Part shown: piece by piece, positions 1 through 8,790 of the stretch | Layout: each line of letters starts with the position of its first letter | Numbering within the stretch: position 1 is the stretch's first letter | Source: Myxococcota bacterium | GTDB taxonomy: Bacteria; Myxococcota; JACRCW01 | NCBI GenBank assembly: GCA_040752415.1 | Contig: JBFMGU010000045.1 | Span: 1 to 51,512 of the forward strand | Reading direction: 5' to 3' | DNA: 51,512 nt | Position numbers and translations under genes: made by a program | Notes under the pieces: generated by a model | Database searches by the model: none | Told to the model about the DNA's origin: nothing | The model's input: the letters and a program-made list of their open reading frames with translations, nothing else

Positions 1-35
1 GCTTGAGCCTGGCTTGAGCCGCCGGTGACGTCGAC

Positions 36-304
36 CGTCGTTTCAAAAGAGCCGCACCCAATGAGACTGGCAGGCAACAAGACGACAAGTCCTGCTCACC
101 TCTCGCGGCGGTGTCGATTCGCAGGACTACCCTGGAAGAGGTGTGCGGGCGGCCAGGGACGACCGAGCACTGATCCACTCACCGTCACTGTCAGTCCTGC
201 GAAACGGGTCCCACGGTCTCGTGGTGAGCAGGACTTGTCGTTTTGTTGCCTGCCAATCTCATTGGCAGGGAGCCCAAGGCGTCGTCCCAAAAGAGCCGCG
301 CCCA
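36..304. repeat. Composite intergenic inverted/direct repeat element (REPIN/MITE-like)
   Basis: 43-bp inverted repeat at 58-100 / 223-265 (CCAATGAGACTGGCAGGCAACAAGACGACAAGTCCTGCTCACC, 2 mismatches). Inner IR TTCGCAGGACT 118-128 / AGTCCTGCGAA 193-203. 25-bp direct repeat CGTCGT..CAAAAGAGCCGC(A/G)CCCA at 36-60 and 280-304. Confidence 0.75.
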
Positions 305-326
305 TTCGCGATCGAAGCGCCGTGCA

Positions 327-2180
327 TCAATCCCGTCGGTACGCACGTGTGATGGCCTCGGTGGCCTCCAGTACCTTTCGCGCGGCGAGGTCATGCGCCA
401 ACGAGACCTCGGTGAGCTCGGAGCGTTCCGTCTCAAGCTCCGCCACCCGACGCATGGCCTCCGTGTCCCCCCGCTCCGCCTTGGCGCGCGCCTCGACGAG
501 CTCCGCGGCCAGACGGGAACGGGAGCGGCTGCCCAGGTAGGCCGCGTGCGCATCCAGGTCGGTGATCTGGTCCAGCGCGTGGTGCAACGCCTGCAGCGCG
601 GGATGGCCCGGGGCGGAGCCCTTGTCGACGAGCACGGTGGCCGCGCGGGCCACGGCGCCAGCAGCCAGCCTGCGAGCACGGTCGGTGGTGAGCGCGGCGA
701 GCTTGTCACGCAACGTGCGCTCCGCCTGGCGACCGTGACGCTTCTCGGGCTCCTCGGTGCAACGCAACACCGGCCGACGCACGTACCACCACGCCAGCCC
801 CACGCCCGCAACACCCAGGCCGCCGGGCAACACGGCCACGGAAGAAGCCAGGTCCACCAGGATCATGAGCGCGCCCACGACGGAAACCGCCGCGTAGTGC
901 AGCCCCAACGCCGCCAGGATCTCGCCCGGGGTTGCCGCCGCGGTCTTGAGGCTGGCGCCAATGATCGCGCGCGCTCGGACAATGTCGGCCACGCACCCGT
1001 GCTCGCGTGCCTCCGCGGCCAGCTGCTCCGCGGTCTCCTCGGAAGCACCGACGATGAGCGGGACCGGCGTGTGCAACAGCCGGCGCGCCACCAGCCCCTT
1101 GCGGGAAGCCAGCGCTTCACCGTGACGCTTGGTCAGCCACGCCATGCACTTCTCGACGTCCTTCACCTCGGTGAGCTGCACCGCGTATGGCCCCTTCTCC
1201 AGGCGCCACACCACGGCGGTGCCGCATCCCGGACAGAAGGGCAGGTCAATGATGAGCGGCGCGCGACACGCCCGACACGGCAGACGCGACTGCAGCTTGG
1301 CGCCGGGAGCGAGCTGTCCCGCCTTGAGCGCGGCGGCCAGCTCCGCCGCGGTGGCAAGACGCTCCTCGGCGCGCGGGGCAATGGCGCGGGACACCGTGGC
1401 GTCGAGCGTGGCGGAGATGCCGGGGCGGATGGAGGCGGCGGAGGGCGGCTCGTCGTGGATGTGGCTGATGGCCAGCTCCGCCACGTTGTCCGCCAGGTGC
1501 ACCGGTCTGCCGGTGAGCATCTCGAAGAGGATGACGCCGAGCGCATAGATGTCCGCGCGCGCGTCCGTCACCGACGAGGCAAACGCCTCCGGCGCCAGGT
1601 ACTGCGGCGAGCCGATCACCGCGCCGGTGCGGGTCAGGTTGGCCGCCGAGCTGAACCACGCCACGCCAAAGTCCAGGATCACCGGGCCGCGTTGCGGGTG
1701 GAGCACCACGTTGGCGGGCTTGAGGTCGCGGTGGAGGATGCCCTGGCTGTGGCATGACTCCAGCGCCTGCGCCAGGCGGGCCGCGACGTCGACGGCTTCC
1801 GGCACCTTGAACCGACCACGCTTGAGCCGGCTCTCCAGCGTCTCCCCCGGCACGTGCTCCAGCACCAGGATGTCCAGGTCCCCGTGGCGCTCCAGGCGGT
1901 AGCAGTGCGCAATGGCGGGGTGGTTGAGACGGGAGAGCACCTCGAACTCCCGCTCGAACCGCGCGCGACCCACTGGATCCGCGCCGCGCAGCGGGTCCAG
2001 GATCTTCAGCGCCACGTCGATGTTCGCCTGCTCGTCGTTGGCCAGATACACCGAGGCCATGGCTCCGTCGGCAATCTTCTCACGCACCCGGTAGCGGCCG
2101 CAGAGCAGCAGGCCGGGCGGCAGGTCGGAGATGATGAGGCCGTCCTCCACCGCGGCCGTGTTGACGACGTCGGTGGTCAC
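327..2180 (-). CDS. Membrane Ser/Thr protein kinase with zinc ribbon, L7/L12-CTD-like domain and 2 TM helices
   Basis: VALK, HRDLKPAN, DFG, GSPQYLAPE and DIYALG motifs; CRAC...CPGC; hydrophobic hairpin. GTG start overlaps the upstream stop (GTGA). Confidence 0.93.
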   Translation of the reverse strand: MTTDVVNTAAVEDGLIISDLPPGLLLCGRYRVREKIADGAMASVYLANDEQANIDVALKILDPLRGADPVGRARFEREFEVLSRLNHPAIAHCYRLERHGDLDILVLEHVPGETLESRLKRGRFKVPEAVDVAARLAQALESCHSQGILHRDLKPANVVLHPQRGPVILDFGVAWFSSAANLTRTGAVIGSPQYLAPEAFASSVTDARADIYALGVILFEMLTGRPVHLADNVAELAISHIHDEPPSAASIRPGISATLDATVSRAIAPRAEERLATAAELAAALKAGQLAPGAKLQSRLPCRACRAPLIIDLPFCPGCGTAVVWRLEKGPYAVQLTEVKDVEKCMAWLTKRHGEALASRKGLVARRLLHTPVPLIVGASEETAEQLAAEAREHGCVADIVRARAIIGASLKTAAATPGEILAALGLHYAAVSVVGALMILVDLASSVAVLPGGLGVAGVGLAWWYVRRPVLRCTEEPEKRHGRQAERTLRDKLAALTTDRARRLAAGAVARAATVLVDKGSAPGHPALQALHHALDQITDLDAHAAYLGSRSRSRLAAELVEARAKAERGDTEAMRRVAELETERSELTEVSLAHDLAARKVLEATEAITRAYRRD

Positions 2181-4579
2181 CCCTTGTCCTCCAGCTCGCT
2201 GGCCCAGGCGCGCGCGGCCTCCATCTCCAGGCGGCCCTCCAGCGCCAGGAACTCCATGCGCGCGTGCTGCGCCGGGTCCGTCTCACCAATGCAGCGCGCC
2301 AACAGCGAGCGCTCCGCGGCGGCCACCACGGTAGGGCTCCTCCCCTCCCGCATGGCGTCGACCGCGCGGGTCAGCTTGACCACCGCGTCGCGCGGGAGAC
2401 AACGCGCCAGGTCCGCCGCGCGCAGCACTGCCTCGTCGACGAACGGGTCACCCAGCTCCGCGCGGAGGATGGCGTCAATGGCATGCGGCCGGGCCTCACC
2501 CTGGCGCGCCAGCGGCACGCGACGCTCGCCCAGCTTGTGCATCGCGGGGAGGTCCAGCTCGGAATAGAGCTGCGCACCGTCGGTGAGCACGCGACGACGA
2601 CGACGGAGCAGCAGCGCGGCGGCGCCGAGGCCGAAGACGGGAGGTGCCACCATGGCGGCGCGCCACAACGCGGACATGGCGCGGTCCGCCACCACGGCGG
2701 CGCTGGTTCCCGAGGGGGAGGGCGCAGGCGCGGGGGATGGGGACGGTTGGGGCTCCGTCGTCGGTGTGGGGGCGGGCTTGGCGATGTCCTGGATGATGCG
2801 CGTGGCGGCGGTGCGGGCACGGTTGATGACGCTCTCCATGCTGCTCAGCGTGGCAATCTCGAGGGGAACCACGCCCACCATGGCCACCAGGAGCATGAGC
2901 GCCGCCAGCGGCCCCACCTTCTTCCGCTGCAGCTTCTTCGGCTCCTGCTTCTTCCACCGTCGAGGAAACAGCGCCACGCGGAATTGCTGGCCCACCGGTG
3001 GCTCAGGACTCGGAGCGTCCGGCAGCGCCGGGAACCTCGTGGCGGCGGAGATCGTGGCGGCCACCGCCAGCGAGCCCGCGGTGGCCGCGCCAAGACCCGT
3101 GCCCGCCGCCGACGCCACCGCGCCGCCCACCAGCGCTCCCGTGCCAAGCTGGTGCGTGAAAACGGGCCACATCTCCTGCTTGCTGGCGGCGGAGGACAGC
3201 AGTCCCTTGCGCGCCTTCCGCACGCTCAACGTCGCGGAGAGGAGTTGGCCAACGCCCAGCGGAATCAGCGCCGCCAACGCGGCTTGCAGCGGAAGCAACA
3301 GGCCCTGTCCGCCGCGCATCCCCACGAGCAGCGCGATCAGCCCCACCACCCCCACCACGCCCGGGCCCAGCGAGTCCAGCGGCCCGCGCTCGAGCTCGAC
3401 CTCCGCGCCCACCCCCATGGCCCCGAGGTCATCCGCCACCTTGCGCGCTTCATCCTCGTCGATGAAGGAGAGGTAGCGTTGCTTGCCGAACGAGAGCGCG
3501 GCGCACCGCTGCGTGAGCGCGTGCAGGTGCGTGGGGGAGGCGCGCTCCGGGAACAGCGTGATGACGTGCTCCAGGAAACGACGCGCGTCGGTGACGCGGC
3601 TGATGACGACGTGCGCGCGGCCCGGCGCGTAGGTGAAGGGATGGTCGCTGCGACACCGGCTGCACAGCGCGCTCTCCGGCGGAATGGGCGTGTGACAATG
3701 CAGGCACGGCGGATGCGACGAGCGACGCAGCGCGAACGCTTTCTCCAGCGCGGGATTGTCGAGCGCCCAGGTGGCCAGCGCGGCGCTGGCAAACCGTTCC
3801 TCCGGCGTGCGCGCGAGACAGCGGTCCACCATGCGCGCGAGCGCCTCCGGTGCGTCGGGACGCACGCTGTGCACGGAAGGCGCGTCGGTCTGGGTGCGCA
3901 TCCAGGCCAGGTTGGCCAGGCTGTCGGCGGTGTGCGGCGGTCGACCGGTGAGGCACTCGAACAGCGTGGCGCCGAGCCCGTAGATGTCGACGCGCGGGTC
4001 ATATGCGGCGCCGGCGAACAGCTCCGGGGCCATGTACTCCGGCGTGCCCACCGTGGTGCCGGTGGCGGTGAGCTCGGAGGCGGCGCACAGGCGCGCGGAG
4101 CCGAAGTCCAGCAGGTACACCTTGCCTTCCGGCGTGATGCGGATGTTCTGCGGCTTGAGGTCGCGGTGGACGATCCCCGCGGCGTGGGTGGCGGCCAGGA
4201 TGTCCAGGATGTCGCGCGCCAGGCGCTCCGCCTCGTCGGGTGGCATGGGTCCGCCGCGGACGATGCGCTCCTTGAGGTCCTCTCCCGGGACGAACTCCAT
4301 CACCACGGTGGGGTCGCCGCCCCAGCGGATGACGTCGTGGACGCGGGTGATCCCGCCGTGATTGAGCGCCGCCAGCGACTGCAGCTCACGCTTGAGCCGG
4401 GTCAGCGCCTCGGTGGTGCGCACCAGCTGACGGTGAAGCCGCTTGAGCGCCACGGTCTCGCCGGTGCGCTGGTCGGTGGCGCGGTAGACGCGGCTGGTGG
4501 CACCACTGCCAATCAACGTGACGTCGACGTAGCCACGCGGCGGTGCGGTCTGCGCGACGGCGCTCTGGGAACCGGCCAT
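2177..4579 (-). CDS. Membrane Ser/Thr protein kinase with zinc ribbon and several TM segments
   Basis: IGSGATSRVY, VALK, HRDLKPQN, DFG, GTPEYMAPE; CLHC...CSRC; GGAGG RBS upstream of the ATG. Confidence 0.93.
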   Translation of the reverse strand: MAGSQSAVAQTAPPRGYVDVTLIGSGATSRVYRATDQRTGETVALKRLHRQLVRTTEALTRLKRELQSLAALNHGGITRVHDVIRWGGDPTVVMEFVPGEDLKERIVRGGPMPPDEAERLARDILDILAATHAAGIVHRDLKPQNIRITPEGKVYLLDFGSARLCAASELTATGTTVGTPEYMAPELFAGAAYDPRVDIYGLGATLFECLTGRPPHTADSLANLAWMRTQTDAPSVHSVRPDAPEALARMVDRCLARTPEERFASAALATWALDNPALEKAFALRRSSHPPCLHCHTPIPPESALCSRCRSDHPFTYAPGRAHVVISRVTDARRFLEHVITLFPERASPTHLHALTQRCAALSFGKQRYLSFIDEDEARKVADDLGAMGVGAEVELERGPLDSLGPGVVGVVGLIALLVGMRGGQGLLLPLQAALAALIPLGVGQLLSATLSVRKARKGLLSSAASKQEMWPVFTHQLGTGALVGGAVASAAGTGLGAATAGSLAVAATISAATRFPALPDAPSPEPPVGQQFRVALFPRRWKKQEPKKLQRKKVGPLAALMLLVAMVGVVPLEIATLSSMESVINRARTAATRIIQDIAKPAPTPTTEPQPSPSPAPAPSPSGTSAAVVADRAMSALWRAAMVAPPVFGLGAAALLLRRRRRVLTDGAQLYSELDLPAMHKLGERRVPLARQGEARPHAIDAILRAELGDPFVDEAVLRAADLARCLPRDAVVKLTRAVDAMREGRSPTVVAAAERSLLARCIGETDPAQHARMEFLALEGRLEMEAARAWASELEDKG

Positions 4580-4696
4580 CCCACCTCCAGCTTCGTCGCG
4601 GCAGCCTACTGCCTTGCACCGCGTGTTTCACGGCGTGGGCCACGTGTGGAAGGGTGGGATGAACTTGGGACATCGGTGGCTCCCCCCCGGGCCACG

Positions 4697-4726
4697 TCAC
4701 GCGCCAGGTCACGTCACGCGTTGGAG
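4697..4726. repeat. 30-bp direct repeat, copy 1 (identical to 8753-8782)
   Basis: TCACGCGCCAGGTCACGTCACGCGTTGGAG is identical at both positions. Confidence 0.9.
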
Positions 4727-4831
4727 CCTTTCCGTCGTCGACATCCGCGAGCCTCACCCAGCTCCGAAGCAGGTTCTCACGGATGCACGACCAGCCACGC
4801 TGAGCGCCGGGGCAACGCCTGCGCGGGAATC

Positions 4832-7800
4832 TCAATCCACAAACGTGAAGAATCCCTGCGGAGTGCTGCGCACCGAATACACACCGCCCGTGGTGGCATA
4901 CAGGATGTCCCGCACGCCGTCCCCGTCGGTGTCCGCGAGGTTCAGCCCATGGTACGAGCCGTGCACGTTGTTCCGTTGGGTGAAGCATGGTTGTTGGAAT
5001 GTTCCGTCGCCACGTCCCACGCAGACAATCACGTCGGGGCTGAGCTGGTCGTTGAGGACAAGGTCCACGCTGCCATCGCCGGTGACGTCCCCGGCAACCT
5101 GGCGGAAGGGATACGCCGGCCGGCCAACGGTCTGACGGAGGGTGAAGCCGCCGGTGCCATTTCCCAGGCGCACGGACACGTCGCTGGACCCGCCGTTGTC
5201 CAGCAGGTCCAGGATTCCGTCGCCATTGACGTCGACAAGTGTGAATGTGAACCGCGACCAGGTCCCCAGGTACACCGGCGCCTGCACCGTCGCGTTCCCG
5301 TTGCCCAGGAGGTGGAAGAGGGCGGAACCACCGCCGTAATCCAGCGTCACCACGTCCAGTCTGCCGTCCTCATTGATGTCTCCAGTCTCCACCCAGTCCA
5401 CATTCCCAGCGGAGTTGTAGCCGGCGAACACCGTGGTGTAGGCAGCAAATGCGCCGCCCGCGGCACCTCGCAGGATGGAGATGTTGGGGTCTGTGGATTG
5501 CGCCACGACGAGGTCCAGGCGCCCGTCGCCGTCCAGATGGCCAAGCCGGATGCGCCGGGGGCCCGCGCCACACGCGTAGTCCACTCGCGCCTGCAGTGCG
5601 CCCGTGGCGGTGCCCTTGAGGACGGACACCGTGCCGCTGCTGAGGTTGCTCACCACCACATCCGGGAAATTGTCCCCGGCCAGGCGGCCCACGGCGATGG
5701 AGTACGGATTCTCGCCCACGGCGTACCGGACCTCCGGCCCGTAGCTCCCGTCCCCGTTGCTCAGGCGCACCGCGATGTTGTTCGACAGGGTGTAGATGGC
5801 ATCCGCCCAACCGTCCGCGTTCAGGTCCGACCCCACCACATCTCTCGTGCTGCCGCTGGCCAGCTCGACACCCGGCGCGAGCAGTCCTGACGTCGTGGCG
5901 GTCCCGTCCGGCGTGGTGACCGAGACGGGGCCGCTGCTGCCCGCGCCCACCACGGCCGAAATCCGGGTGGGGGATTGCACGGTGAAGGACTGCGCCAGCG
6001 TGCCCCCAAAGCGGACCTCCGTGGCGCCCGAGAAAGACGTGCCGTCGATGATCAGCGTGGCGCCGGTGGCCGCGCGGCGTGGCGAGAAGCTGGAAATGGA
6101 TGGGAGCACCGTGAAGCGTTGGGACGCGGCGCTTCCGCCCGGCGTGGTCACCGTGATGGGCCCGGAAGCGGCGCCCACCGGAACCACCGACGTGACGCGC
6201 GTGTCGTTGACCACCATGAACGTGGCCTCCACGTTGCCGCCAAACCGCACGCTGGACGCATTGCCCAGCGCCGTCCCATCCAGCGTGACCAGCGAGCCTT
6301 CGGTGGCGCTGCCCGGCGCCATGCCGGTGATGGTGGGCGCGGGCACCACCGTGAAGCTGGTGGAGGTTGCCGTGCCTCCCGGCGTCACCACCTCGATGGG
6401 CCCGGTGGTGGCGCCCGCGGGGACCGTGGTGGAGATCCGCGTGGCCGAATCCACGGTGAATGCCGGCTGCTCCGTCATATTGAACCGCACGAGCGTGGCG
6501 CCCGTGAAGTGTGTGCCCTCGATGATCACCGGCAGGCCGATTCCCGCACCGCCCGACGGCGAGAAACTTGTGATGGTGGGAGCGGGAATGACCGTGAATG
6601 CCGTGGATGCGCTGCCGCCGGGCGTGGTCACGGTGAGCGGGCCGCTTTGGGCGCCGGCGGGCACCGTGGTGGAGATCTGCGTGGATGAATCCACAGAAAA
6701 GTCTGGCTGCTCCACGCCATTGAACTCCACGCGCGTGGCGTCATCCAACGACGCGCCCTGGATGGTCACCGCCAATCCCACGCCCGCCCCGCCCGCGGGC
6801 AGCACCGCGGTGATGACCGGCGAGGGGATCACGGTGAAATCCAACATGGCCGTCCCGCCCGGCGTCACCACCATCACCGGACCGGACTCCGCGCCAGCGG
6901 GCACCGTGGTGGAGATCTGCGTCGACGAATCCACGGTGAAGACCGGCTGCTGGGTGCCACCAAAATGCACGGAGATCGTGTCATCCAGCGCCGTCCCCAG
7001 GATGGTGACCGGCATTCCCACGCCCGTGCCGCCCGAGGGCACAAAGCCGGTCATGGTGGGCAATGGAATGACAGCAAAAGGCTCGGACGTGGCGGTGCCA
7101 CCAGGCGTGGTGACCGTGATGACGCCGCTCTGCGCATCCATGGGAACACCCGTGAGGATTTCTCCGTCGGAGAGCACCATGAAGGACGGCTGGCTGGTCC
7201 CGCCGAAGCTGACGACGGATGCGCCGGTGAGACGGGTGCCTCGGATGGTCACCGCCGCGCCCACGCCTGCGCGGATGGGCTCCACCGACGTGATGATGGG
7301 CGGTGCATGGATGAACGTGATGGTCACCGTCTGCTGCAGGACGGCCTCCCCCACCTGTGCGCTGACGGTCACCGTGCCCGGCGTCTCGGAGCGCGCCAGC
7401 CCCGTCGCCACCCCGCCGGCATCGGTCACCATGGCCGGCTGCGCAAGCATCACCTCCGCGGCGTTGGCGGAGAAGCGCACGGTCTCGCCCGCCATGGGCT
7501 CGCCGTCGGCGTTGCGCACGGTCACCGTCAGCACCGAGCTCTGAACGCCGTCCGCCACCAGCTCTGTTGGCGTTGCGGCCAGCGTGGACAACATGAGGTC
7601 CACACCCGCCGTGCCCGCGTCCGGGAGCTCCGTCGACGCGTCAGGCAGCTCCACTGCGGCGTCCGCAAGCTCCGTGGACGCATCCGGCAGCTCCGCCGCG
7701 GCGTCCGCTGTGCCCGCATCCCGCTCCACCACCGAGGCGTCCATGGTGATCCCTGCATCCGTGCCCGCGTCCGGGAGCTCCGTTGACGCGTCAGGCAGCT

Positions 7801-8017
7801 CCACTGCGGCGTCCGCAAGCTCCGTGGACGCATCCGGCAGCTCCGCCGCGGCGTCCGCTGTGCCCGCATCCCGCTCCACGACCGAGGCGTCCATGGTGAT
7901 CCCGGCATCTGCCGGCCCGCGGTCATCAGGACGCTCCGCGGGCGTGCCACCGCACCCGTCGCAGGCCGTGGAGAGGGTGATGGCAAGGATACACAGAGAA
8001 CGTAGCGTGGTGCCCAT
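4832..8017 (-). CDS. Surface lipoprotein: Big_1 invasin-type Ig domain, six IPT/TIG domains, C-terminal FG-GAP/VCBS repeats
   Basis: Lipobox LSTAC; LVADG..S.LTVTV...TDAGGVA (Big_1); six P.IT..P....G..VTI.G...VP.GA.SGPI.VTTPGG units; DLNADG/DINEDG/DVNGDG repeats. Confidence 0.9.
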   Translation of the reverse strand: MGTTLRSLCILAITLSTACDGCGGTPAERPDDRGPADAGITMDASVVERDAGTADAAAELPDASTELADAAVELPDASTELPDAGTDAGITMDASVVERDAGTADAAAELPDASTELADAAVELPDASTELPDAGTAGVDLMLSTLAATPTELVADGVQSSVLTVTVRNADGEPMAGETVRFSANAAEVMLAQPAMVTDAGGVATGLARSETPGTVTVSAQVGEAVLQQTVTITFIHAPPIITSVEPIRAGVGAAVTIRGTRLTGASVVSFGGTSQPSFMVLSDGEILTGVPMDAQSGVITVTTPGGTATSEPFAVIPLPTMTGFVPSGGTGVGMPVTILGTALDDTISVHFGGTQQPVFTVDSSTQISTTVPAGAESGPVMVVTPGGTAMLDFTVIPSPVITAVLPAGGAGVGLAVTIQGASLDDATRVEFNGVEQPDFSVDSSTQISTTVPAGAQSGPLTVTTPGGSASTAFTVIPAPTITSFSPSGGAGIGLPVIIEGTHFTGATLVRFNMTEQPAFTVDSATRISTTVPAGATTGPIEVVTPGGTATSTSFTVVPAPTITGMAPGSATEGSLVTLDGTALGNASSVRFGGNVEATFMVVNDTRVTSVVPVGAASGPITVTTPGGSAASQRFTVLPSISSFSPRRAATGATLIIDGTSFSGATEVRFGGTLAQSFTVQSPTRISAVVGAGSSGPVSVTTPDGTATTSGLLAPGVELASGSTRDVVGSDLNADGWADAIYTLSNNIAVRLSNGDGSYGPEVRYAVGENPYSIAVGRLAGDNFPDVVVSNLSSGTVSVLKGTATGALQARVDYACGAGPRRIRLGHLDGDGRLDLVVAQSTDPNISILRGAAGGAFAAYTTVFAGYNSAGNVDWVETGDINEDGRLDVVTLDYGGGSALFHLLGNGNATVQAPVYLGTWSRFTFTLVDVNGDGILDLLDNGGSSDVSVRLGNGTGGFTLRQTVGRPAYPFRQVAGDVTGDGSVDLVLNDQLSPDVIVCVGRGDGTFQQPCFTQRNNVHGSYHGLNLADTDGDGVRDILYATTGGVYSVRSTPQGFFTFVD
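7610..7909. repeat. Intragenic tandem duplication, 2 x 150 bp (50-aa acidic linker)
   Basis: The sequence starting CGTGCCCGCGTCCGGGAGCTCCGT recurs at 7610 and 7760; DAGITMDASVVERDAGTADAAAELPDASTELADAAVELPDASTELPDAGT occurs twice. Confidence 0.9.
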
Positions 8018-8100
8018 GGCGTTTTCCTGGCTAACGTCGGCGATAGGCCGCGATCCTGTGCGGCACGGGCATTGATGAGCTTTTCAGCCTGGAAATCAAG

Positions 8101-8240
8101 TGCCCGTGTTCCGGGCGATCCCGCGCATCGATTCCGGAGCAAGGCGCGCACCCATTCCGGCGGATTCCGCGCACCGATTCCGGGCAAGGCGCGCACCCAT
8201 TCCGGGCATCCCGCGCAGGGAATCCGGAGGGCCCGCGCAC
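8101..8240 (+). mobile_element. IS21-family terminal region with multiple internal repeats
   Basis: Begins TG. GCGCAyCsATTCCGG-like units, with ATTCCGG at 8131, 8154, 8177, 8199 and AATCCGG at 8221 (22-23 bp period), typical of IS21/IS408-type ends. Lies next to the istA fragment. Confidence 0.75.
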
Positions 8241-8301
8241 TGAACGGATGAGCCCGTCCTGGTGACGCTGGGTAGCAGGCGGCGATGGAGCCTCCTCCAA
8301 G

Positions 8302-8634
8302 GGCACGTGCGTCCTGCCGGCGCGAGCGCGCAAGCACAAGGACAAGGCAAAAGCCGAGGTCGCCGTCCGAGTGGCCCAGCGCTGGATCCTGGCGGCCCTG
8401 CGGCACCGGACCTTCTACAGCCTCGCGGAACTCAACGAGGCCATCGCGCCGTTGCTGGAGCGGATCAACACACGCGCGTGATGCGGCGGTGAAGCAGTCT
8501 TGTCGGGAGATCCTTGAAGGCGTGGAGCGCGCCGCACTCCGGCCGCTGCCTCAGCGTCGCTACGAGTGCGCGGAGTGAAGAAGGCCTAGGTCCACCCGGA
8601 CCACCACGTGGAGTACGACGAGAACTTCGTCTCG
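8302..8634 (+). pseudogene. istA: IS21-family transposase IstA internal fragment (frameshifts and stops)
   Basis: Across frames: [56 protein letters not shown]... KQSCREILEGVERAALRPLPQRRYECAE*... KKA*VHPDHHVEYDENFVS, matching the IstA core and C-terminal consensus. Confidence 0.88.
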
Positions 8635-8752
8635 CTTAGGTCGAGTGCGGCAGCGGCGCGATAGGAGCGGCGCTGCTGTCAATGAAGAGTCGCGTCTACC
8701 GTTGGCGTACGGGCCGCTGCGGCTAGCGTCGTTGGTGGCCTCCGAGCCGCTT

Positions 8753-8782
8753 TCACGCGCCAGGTCACGTCACGCGTTGGAG
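8753..8782. repeat. 30-bp direct repeat, copy 2
   Basis: Identical to 4697-4726. Confidence 0.9.
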
Positions 8783-8790
8783 GTGAGTGC

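Noticed and set aside
2264..5890. 1208-aa plus-strand ORF
   Set aside because: Antisense shadow of the kinase and IPT genes, caused by high GC3; no motifs.
8101..8240. CRISPR-like short repeat array
   Set aside because: Period is only 22-23 bp with no unique spacers and no cas genes; the adjacent istA fragment explains it as an IS21 end.
8640..8752. Possible tRNA/ncRNA or REP unit at the islet boundary
   Set aside because: Only a weak hairpin (GAGTGCGGCAGCG...CGCTGCTG); no cloverleaf, T-loop or CCA.
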